Source: an uncultured archaeon
GTDB lineage: Archaea; Asgardarchaeota; Thorarchaeia; Thorarchaeales; Thorarchaeaceae
NCBI GenBank assembly: GCA_964354495.1
Contig: CAYHAA010000015.1
Span: 1-32,000, forward strand
Direction of reading: 5' to 3'
Length of the DNA stretch: 32,000 nt
The number at the start of each line of letters is the position of its first letter. Positions within the stretch are counted from its first letter, which is position 1. The position numbers were made by a program, and so were the translations under genes. A model generated the notes under the pieces. It did no database searches and had not been told where the DNA came from. It saw only the letters and a program-made list of their open reading frames with translations. This document shows, in pieces, positions 25,210-32,000 of this stretch.

Positions 25210-25480
25210 TCGTCATTAGCGAGTCCCCGGGTTTCACAGTGATCGCCTTTTCTGGGCAGACCCCTACACATTTCATACATCCAGTGCATTCTGAGAGCCA
25301 AATCGCATCGATGCGCCAGATCTGAGGATTATGAGGGTCTGGATGGTTCTCCAATGTCGGATGCATGAGATACACTGCGGGGTCACAGACAAAGAGACAT
25401 TTTCTGCACTCGCGCGGGTCTGTGCTAGCTCCACTATGGCACTTAGAATAGTCAATCTTGATGCTCGTTCTCTTAACCAT
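25196..25480 (-). CDS. 2x[4Fe-4S] ferredoxin-like protein (start ATG 25480)
   Basis: IKIDYSKC-x10-CRKCLFVCDP and CTGCMKCVGVCP. Confidence 0.85.
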   Translation of the reverse strand: MVKRTSIKIDYSKCHSGASTDPRECRKCLFVCDPAVYLMHPTLENHPDPHNPQIWRIDAIWLSECTGCMKCVGVCPEKAITVKPGDSLMTIRGY

Positions 25481-25490
25481 TCGACATACC

Positions 25491-26366
25491 TCAATACTTC
25501 CCAGCCTGCCCTGGAACAGACTCTCTCGGAACCAAGCTGAGCGCATCATGCTTGCATGCGTGCCTGCAGACACCACATCCAAAACACCTGTCCAAGTCTA
25601 CAATGGTCCGTTTCACAGATGGAAGATATCTGAGCGCGTTGAACTGACACATCTTGACACATGACTGGCAGCCTTGGCATTTGTCAATATCAATGTTGAT
25701 GACGTACTCACCCTTATAGACAGTCCTCAGGTTGAAGTCATTTCTCAGTCTGAGACCTCCACACTCGGGACTCTCACAGGAACAGACTGCATTGATGTAG
25801 GGTACTGGTTGGAACCAGACTGTTGCAACATAGCCCTTTTCGTTCTGCTCCCGAAGAGCTTGAATTGCTTCTTCACGGTCGAGTTTATACTTCACGCCCT
25901 CAGGGATATACCGCGTATGTTTCTCAATTATCTCTGACAACTGACCGAAGTTGATACAGACCGCATCCTTCACGCCTCTCTGCATCCATCTGCAGACACA
26001 GTAGTTCTTGATGATGGGTTCAGCTGCAAGGTTCCCAAGGATATGTTGGGCGTCCTCAAGGGGGACGACCTGTCCGAAGTGACCATCGGCTCGCACTGGA
26101 TTTCTGTTCTTCTTCTCACTATGTATCTGCGCCTCGACAACCTTGCGAATGACTCGCCCTATGATTGGCATCTGCATCTTGTAGCCTAGGCCAATGGAGT
26201 TGAATCCCATGATCTTCCGAATGAAGAGGGTTTCCATATTCTTCCACTGTTCCTCTAGGTATTCACTCGCATTGTACTCATCAGCCAGTTCGTTCCGATA
26301 AAGCCGGGCATTGTTATACCACTTGCCGCCATCTCCGTGTTTGAAACACCATTGACACATTTTCAT
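25491..26366 (-). CDS. Fe-S protein with Cys-rich core and C-terminal 2x[4Fe-4S] domain
   Basis: CQWC, YCVCR..VC, VCSCESPECG, CQGCQSCVKMCQF, CFGCGVCRHACK. Probable ATG at 26366 (ORF opens at 26414). Confidence 0.85.
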   Translation of the reverse strand: MKMCQWCFKHGDGGKWYNNARLYRNELADEYNASEYLEEQWKNMETLFIRKIMGFNSIGLGYKMQMPIIGRVIRKVVEAQIHSEKKNRNPVRADGHFGQVVPLEDAQHILGNLAAEPIIKNYCVCRWMQRGVKDAVCINFGQLSEIIEKHTRYIPEGVKYKLDREEAIQALREQNEKGYVATVWFQPVPYINAVCSCESPECGGLRLRNDFNLRTVYKGEYVINIDIDKCQGCQSCVKMCQFNALRYLPSVKRTIVDLDRCFGCGVCRHACKHDALSLVPRESVPGQAGKY

Positions 26367-26610
26367 CGCCGTATTCAATTTAGTCTTCGGGAGAGGAGTA
26401 TATTCTGAATCCAACTGCGATATTTAAGACTCCCGCCAGAGGGAAAAGATACCAAATCATGGGGTAATCAGACCTGCTTCAACAGCTATGTCGGATTGCC
26501 CTTCGATTCTGCAAGAGTTTTGGCATCAGTGGACTGAGCTTCAGCATTAAGTCGCAACAAGCCTTTTCAAATGCCGTGGTATGTAGAGAGGTCTATAGAG
26601 GAGTGCCCAT

Positions 26611-28707
26611 ATGATCCAGCTTATCGGTGTCCTGACCACAGGCGGCGTCCCCATCAAGACCAGTAGTTCAATGGATGCAGACGGGGAAATGATACTTGGC
26701 CCGCTCATAGAGGCTGCAAAGGCGCTGAGTAATGTCATAGGGAGTGGAGAAGTCAGAAAGCTGGGTTTTAGAGAGAACACTTTGATTATGACCGAGTGCA
26801 ACAAGGGATACACGATTGTCGCACTTGTGAGCAAGGCGGAAGACTACATGGACAGCCTCCTCAGAGTGATAGCTGATGCAATCGATGACTCGGACCTGGC
26901 ACCAGCAGATGGACTAGTAGATGAAATCCACACGAGAACAATTGATCAGATTCTTCGCACCTACACACGAGATCACATCGAAACAGGATTCGCAGAAACT
27001 GTATACAGCGTCTGGAATCCCACATTGAAGGCTATGATGCAAGATAAGAAACTCTCTAGTGCTCTTCAGGACGTGGAGTCACTTCTCAGTAGGGCAGAAT
27101 CCATTGAGAAGTGGAATAATCTCAAGAAGAAAACGAGGGGATCTCTCGATGATGCACTTGAACTAGCCCTTCAGGGAGAGTTCGATAGAGCATGTGCTGT
27201 GGCGATGAGTCAGGAGGGGGCACTGGCCGGCGTCTTCTGTCTGAAGATGGGTGTATTGACGCATACCATGACTAAGGCAGTTTCACCTCCAATGGCCGAA
27301 CTGAAGAGAATTGCCGCGGCTCTTCCGCAGGACTATCCTTTCACCGATCTAGCCCGGACTCTGGTAGGCTTTACAGCCGGAAACCTCATTCCTGCTGATT
27401 ACTCTCGGGCATTCAGAGAGGCAGTCAAGCATTTTGAGTTCAAAAATGATAATGAACATCTTCTACTTGGTTTTCTGTTTCTTGATGTAAGAGTTGTGGA
27501 CTACCCGGAGTTCGCCACAAGAATACACGATATGTACCGAGAGAGGTCAGATGTGTTTTGTACATTCATTGAGACTATTGACGAACGGGGCAAGTTATTC
27601 AAGAAGCTCTACTCAATCACAAGCTATGATGGGTTTCGTGACGAATTAGGAGCATATAAGTCGAAGATTACAGGTATCCTTGGAAATATCAACTGGGTGC
27701 TTGATCCAGATCTGTTATGGGAGCTTAAGAAAGAGGGCAAGGGAATTGAGATTGGTGTCACAGCGTCTCTGAAGCTGCAGAATTACATCGCGATTCTTAC
27801 TGCCTTGACTGAATCCCCCGTGCTCACAATAGACGAGCGCAGAAAGATACTCGAGGAAGTCCTCATGTTGTACCGAGACTACTTCAGGAGCCTACTGACA
27901 ACCGAGATTCCCATCTTCAGCTACACATTAGACAGTGTATTCCAGAGTCTAGGTGTTGCCTACGCAGAGTACTACTTCTTGGCGACTGGCGATGCTCGCG
28001 AACAGCATCTGAATCAATCAATGGAGTTTCTCTCAGATATCTATCGTACCATAGACAGAGAGCGGCAGAAGTCACAGGTGCAGTTCTCGGTATTTGTAGT
28101 TGCGAATTCTCTTAGTCCAATCCTTACAAGAGCAGACATCCTATCTGAAGACGAGGCGCGTCTAATCTACATCGCCATGAGATCGCTTGACGTCAATACG
28201 ATTGACGCAGAACAGATAACAAAACCAGAGGCCTATGCCACAAGCCTCGGAAATGCAATAACTGCATTGACAGCGCTCGCTGCAAGGCTCCTTAAGCGCG
28301 ACGAGAGGATAGTAGTTCTCAAGAGATGCGTGGACGTCATATTGGACACCCAAGAGTGGTTTGTTTCCAGGGGCATAATCTGCAGGGACGACATAATGTC
28401 TGCTGGTTTTCATGCCACTCTGGTCACTGGGTCCTTGAAGGCAAAGGAGCTGGAAGGAGTAGTAGACAGGGTGATTGCACTCAACCGAATTGCAGTTCAA
28501 GATCCAACAAAATACGACTACGAGGTGGCCATGATGTCGAGTCCGTATGTAGAGATACTAATGGACGCGTGCAAGCGACTGAACAACAAGAAGTACCTTC
28601 AACTGGCGAGGCAAACATTCGATTTGGCATACAAAGCTTGGATCAAGTATGGTTTTCCGGAAAAAGCTGCGAATTTCAAGAGGAAGTATGGCGAAGTCTG
28701 GAGCTAG
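26611..28707 (+). CDS. 698-aa protein with N-terminal longin/roadblock-like domain and long alpha-helical region
   Basis: The first ~120 aa follow a beta-beta-alpha-beta-beta-beta-alpha pattern (IGVLTTGGVPI..ILGPLIEAAKALS..RKLGF.ENTLI..YTIVALVS..LLRVIADAI). The remainder looks helical. Confidence 0.75.
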   Translation: MIQLIGVLTTGGVPIKTSSSMDADGEMILGPLIEAAKALSNVIGSGEVRKLGFRENTLIMTECNKGYTIVALVSKAEDYMDSLLRVIADAIDDSDLAPADGLVDEIHTRTIDQILRTYTRDHIETGFAETVYSVWNPTLKAMMQDKKLSSALQDVESLLSRAESIEKWNNLKKKTRGSLDDALELALQGEFDRACAVAMSQEGALAGVFCLKMGVLTHTMTKAVSPPMAELKRIAAALPQDYPFTDLARTLVGFTAGNLIPADYSRAFREAVKHFEFKNDNEHLLLGFLFLDVRVVDYPEFATRIHDMYRERSDVFCTFIETIDERGKLFKKLYSITSYDGFRDELGAYKSKITGILGNINWVLDPDLLWELKKEGKGIEIGVTASLKLQNYIAILTALTESPVLTIDERRKILEEVLMLYRDYFRSLLTTEIPIFSYTLDSVFQSLGVAYAEYYFLATGDAREQHLNQSMEFLSDIYRTIDRERQKSQVQFSVFVVANSLSPILTRADILSEDEARLIYIAMRSLDVNTIDAEQITKPEAYATSLGNAITALTALAARLLKRDERIVVLKRCVDVILDTQEWFVSRGIICRDDIMSAGFHATLVTGSLKAKELEGVVDRVIALNRIAVQDPTKYDYEVAMMSSPYVEILMDACKRLNNKKYLQLARQTFDLAYKAWIKYGFPEKAANFKRKYGEVWS

Positions 28708-28850
28708 ACTGGATCAGTTCTATCGACCCCTGTCATATCATTTCTGTGATGGGCACGAAGTAGATTAGGCATGGTGATTATACAGTATCTCCTGTCGATA
28801 CGTCACGGTTCGGGACTCTGTCGCTATAATGAAGAGAGTAGGTGTAGACA

Positions 28851-30077
28851 ACGGGAAGAAAAAAGGATTACCGAGGATACAAGGCGTATCAGTTCCTCAC
28901 TCCGGGCAGTGATTACAAGGCTTTCAAATTGAGAGAGGCCATCAAGAGGGACTGGACGTACACCGTTGCCCTCTCGAAGGCAGAGGAAGAGCGAGTCGAG
29001 GGAATCCTCGAGAAGAACGTCGTAGTTGATCTCCATGAACACCCCACATTGATGGTTGAGAATGTGAGCCAGTCCATCGAGATGTGGAGAGAAGGCAGGG
29101 AATTCATGGCCTATGAAGCACTAAGTCAGTCACCGCTCGATGCGGTCTTCGACAATCTGATGGATGGCAGTGCTCAGATCACCTCAAAACAGGGTTGGAA
29201 GTGGACAGACATCATTCACGACTTGGGTCAGAGACTCTGTGACATCGGCCATCAGGAGTATGTCATTCACTGCAAGAGAGTAGAGGATATTGTTGGAGCA
29301 TATAAGAGAGGAAAACTTGCATGGGTCGCGGCACTAGAGTCTTCATCATCCATAGAGAATGAGGTTGACAGAATTGACATACTCTACGGCCTTGGCATTC
29401 GATCAATGGGATTGACCTATAGCGAATCGAATATGCTTGGCTCTGGTCTCAATGAGATGAATGATGGTGGACTCACAGACTTTGGGTATGACTGCGTGAT
29501 CCGAATGAACAAGTTGGGCATGCTCATCGACGTGAGTCATACAGGAGATCAGACTGCTCTTGATACAATTGAGTGGAGCAAAAAACCAATCATTATCTCC
29601 CATGCCGGTGCGCGTACACTCCTCCCGATCAAGCGTCTATTTCCCGATGAGGCTCTTCAGGCACTGGCAGAGAGAGAGGGAGTCATTGGGATTGAGGCAG
29701 CGCCCGGATATACTGCAACAAGAGATGACCCGATTCCTTCAATTGATACATATATGGCACATCTTGAGTACTGCGTAGAGTTGATGGGTGTAGATCATGT
29801 GGGCTGCGGACCAGACACTCTCTACGGAGACCATGTGGGCTTCTATCGGCTCGAAGATGACAGATTGAAGACTGCAGGCCTTGGTCATCATTCAAGGCCT
29901 GGAATGACTGGAGAGCCACCGGTAGATCAACTCCCGGATTATGTCAGAGGAATGGAGAACCCAACGGAAGCAATGAACAACGTCGCCAGATGGTTAGTGA
30001 GGAATGGCTACTCGGACAAAGAGATTGCCAAAATCATTGGAGGAAACGCTCTAAGGCTTCTCAAGGCCGTCTGGTAG
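28851..30077 (+). CDS. Membrane/renal dipeptidase family M19 (probable ACG start at 28851; ORF track starts at TTG 28929)
   Basis: VDLHEH, LTYSESN..G, GLTDFG, IDVSH, ISHAG, HVGCGPD, KIIGGNALR. The frame is open to an ACG placed 6 nt after AGGTG. Confidence 0.9.
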   Translation, partial: TGRKKDYRGYKAYQFLTPGSDYKAFKLREAIKRDWTYTVALSKAEEERVEGILEKNVVVDLHEHPTLMVENVSQSIEMWREGREFMAYEALSQSPLDAVFDNLMDGSAQITSKQGWKWTDIIHDLGQRLCDIGHQEYVIHCKRVEDIVGAYKRGKLAWVAALESSSSIENEVDRIDILYGLGIRSMGLTYSESNMLGSGLNEMNDGGLTDFGYDCVIRMNKLGMLIDVSHTGDQTALDTIEWSKKPIIISHAGARTLLPIKRLFPDEALQALAEREGVIGIEAAPGYTATRDDPIPSIDTYMAHLEYCVELMGVDHVGCGPDTLYGDHVGFYRLEDDRLKTAGLGHHSRPGMTGEPPVDQLPDYVRGMENPTEAMNNVARWLVRNGYSDKEIAKIIGGNALRLLKAVW

Positions 30078-30223
30078 CCCATAACTTGTCTGATGCAATA
30101 TTCGACATGGATTGCGAAATGGTGCGCATATCAAAGGGCTTCGTCCTTGAGGTCGCTCTGACTGAATCCGCTCGATAATCTAGCGTCGTTGTGACATGGT
30201 ATCACTCTGAAAAAGAAAGATTT

Positions 30224-30245
30224 GAGAGACCCTTGCAGGTCTCTC
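30224..30245 (-). terminator. Hairpin terminator for acs
   Basis: GAGAGACC-CTTGCA-GGTCTCTC followed on the minus strand by TCTTTCTTTTTC, 16 nt after the acs stop. Confidence 0.6.
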
Positions 30246-30261
30246 CTGAAATAGCTAACTG

Positions 30262-32000
30262 CTACTGACGCTCACTGACCAAGGTGTCGACGACTGATGG
30301 GTCTGCCAAAGTGGTAACATCACCAAGGTCGTCTATCTGGCCGGCAGCAATACGCTTCAGAATCCGGCGCATGATCTTACCGGAACGAGTCTTGGGTAGA
30401 GCATCTGCAAACTGTATCTTGGCCGGGGTTGCGATGGGACCCACGTCATTGCGAACATGGTTCTTGAGTTCCTGGCGGAGCGCATCAGTCTTCTCGACAC
30501 CCACCTTGAGGGTCACGAAGCAGTAGATGTCTTCTCCCTTGATCTCGTGCGGGAACCCAACGACTGCACACTCTGCAACAGCAGGATGCTTGACAAGTGA
30601 GGACTCGATCTCAGCAGTTCCAAGTCTATGACCGGACACCTTCAGAACATCGTCTAGACGGCCCATCACAAAGTAGTAGCCTTCCTTGTTGAATCGAGCA
30701 CCATCACCAGTGTAGTACATCGGCTTCTTGTCTTCTGGGTTTTTGAACTGGACCCAGTAGGTCTCGATGAATCGTTTGTGGTTGCCATAGACAGTCCTCA
30801 TGAGACCTGGCCACGGCTTCTTGAAGCAGAGATAGCCACCCTCGTTTGGACCTACAGGTACTCCGTCCTCTGCAACAATCATGGGCTCAAGACCAAAGTA
30901 GGGAAAAGTGGCCGAACCCGGGATTGTTGATGTTGCACCAGGTAGAGGAGTGAGAATCACACCACCGGTTTCAGTCTGCCAGTAGGTGTCGACAATCGGA
31001 CACTTCTCTTTGCCAACTACCCTATGATACCACATCCATGCCTCCGGATTGATTGGCTCACCAACGGTCCCGAGAAGTTTCAAGCTTGACAGATTGTGCT
31101 TCAGTACGGGACCATCACCGAATCTCATTAGTGCACGGATTGCAGTAGGAGCCGTGTAGAACTCGTTCACTTTCCAGTGTTCTACTTCATGCCAGAAACG
31201 ATCATTGTCAGGGTATGTAGGTACAGACTCATACATCAGAGTTGTCGCTCCAGCCGAGAGAGGGCCGTACAAGATGTACGAATGGCCTGTAATCCAGCCG
31301 ATGTCAGCAGTACACCAGTAGATATCTCCAGGGTGCCAGTCAAAGATATAGAGGAAGGACTGAGTTGTGTAGACCATGAATCCCCCAAGTGTGTGAAGCA
31401 CACCCTTTGGCTTGCCAGTAGAACCTGAAGTATAGAGGATGAACAGGGGATCCTCAGCCTTCATCCACTCGGTTACACACTTGTCATTGACCTTTGCGAG
31501 CTCTTCATGGTACCAGACATCTCTGCCCTTGACCCATGGAACGTCGATTCCTACTCTCTTGATGACAAGGACCTTCTCCACGACTGGAACAGATTCAAGT
31601 GCTTTGTCGGCACCTGCCTTCTGTGGAACAACCTTGCCACTGCGGTAGTAACCATCAGCTGTGACTAGGACCTTGCCTTGAGAATCTGAGATTCTATCCA
31701 CCAAGGAATCAGCACTGAAACCGCCAAAGACGACGCTGTGGACCGCGCCAATCCTCACACATGCAAGCATGATGATTCCGAGCTCAGGAATCATCGGGAG
31801 ATAGATCGTGATTCTGTCGCCCTTCTTGACTCCGAGGCTCTTCAGAATATTCGCGGCCTTGTTGACCTCGCTGAGGAGCTGTTTGTAGGTGAAAGTCCTT
31901 GACTCATCCAAAGGCTCGCCCTGCCAGATGAGTGCAATCTGATCGCCCTTGCCTGCTTTCACGTGCTTGTCAAGACAGTTGTAGGCCATGTTGGTCACAC
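30262..32000 (-). CDS. acs: AMP-forming acetyl-CoA synthetase (5' end outside window)
   Basis: [69 protein letters not shown]. Confidence 0.96.
   Translation of the reverse strand, partial: VTNMAYNCLDKHVKAGKGDQIALIWQGEPLDESRTFTYKQLLSEVNKAANILKSLGVKKGDRITIYLPMIPELGIIMLACVRIGAVHSVVFGGFSADSLVDRISDSQGKVLVTADGYYRSGKVVPQKAGADKALESVPVVEKVLVIKRVGIDVPWVKGRDVWYHEELAKVNDKCVTEWMKAEDPLFILYTSGSTGKPKGVLHTLGGFMVYTTQSFLYIFDWHPGDIYWCTADIGWITGHSYILYGPLSAGATTLMYESVPTYPDNDRFWHEVEHWKVNEFYTAPTAIRALMRFGDGPVLKHNLSSLKLLGTVGEPINPEAWMWYHRVVGKEKCPIVDTYWQTETGGVILTPLPGATSTIPGSATFPYFGLEPMIVAEDGVPVGPNEGGYLCFKKPWPGLMRTVYGNHKRFIETYWVQFKNPEDKKPMYYTGDGARFNKEGYYFVMGRLDDVLKVSGHRLGTAEIESSLVKHPAVAECAVVGFPHEIKGEDIYCFVTLKVGVEKTDALRQELKNHVRNDVGPIATPAKIQFADALPKTRSGKIMRRILKRIAAGQIDDLGDVTTLADPSVVDTLVSERQ

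Noticed and set aside
1279-31648. Numerous 60-145 aa ORFs antisense or out of frame within long genes (e.g. 1279-1683, 16770-17147, 23804-24163, 28326-28763)
   Set aside because: They are shadow ORFs of well-supported genes and contain no motifs.
1-32000. CRISPR arrays, transposases, integrases
   Set aside because: No regularly spaced repeats and no recombinase or transposase motifs were found.

Overview
Archaeal chromosomal window, most likely Asgard (Thorarchaeia-like). This assignment is inferred from the divergent archaeal 16S, archaeal-type ValRS/PyrH, BRE/TATA promoters and a longin-like protein, and needs a database search to confirm. It contains the 5' ~508 nt of a 16S rRNA gene (minus strand) and two tRNAs missing from the ORF track: tRNA-Ala(CGC) with one intron and tRNA-Leu(CAA) with two introns (canonical 37/38 plus T-loop 56/57). 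Housekeeping or recognisable genes are M1 aminopeptidase-HEAT, MFS, 2x OsmC, valS, pyrH, PolX-PHP, a URO-D family protein, an HDAC family protein, a methyltransferase, an M19 dipeptidase and acs (partial). Low-GC islets flank tRNA-Leu. The best candidate for an undescribed system is at 21.6-26.4 kb: a PEP-synthase-like dikinase split into a stand-alone His-swivel gene and a stand-alone ATP-grasp gene, with no pyruvate-binding barrel, divergent from an unknown 388-aa protein and a cyclase/lipocalin-like protein and next to two Fe-S proteins. Other highlights are a probable ACG start codon in the dipeptidase, a micro-ORF controlled with a membrane protein/wHTH pair through a palindromic operator, and a longin-like plus helical 698-aa protein. 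No CRISPR array, integrase or transposase was seen.
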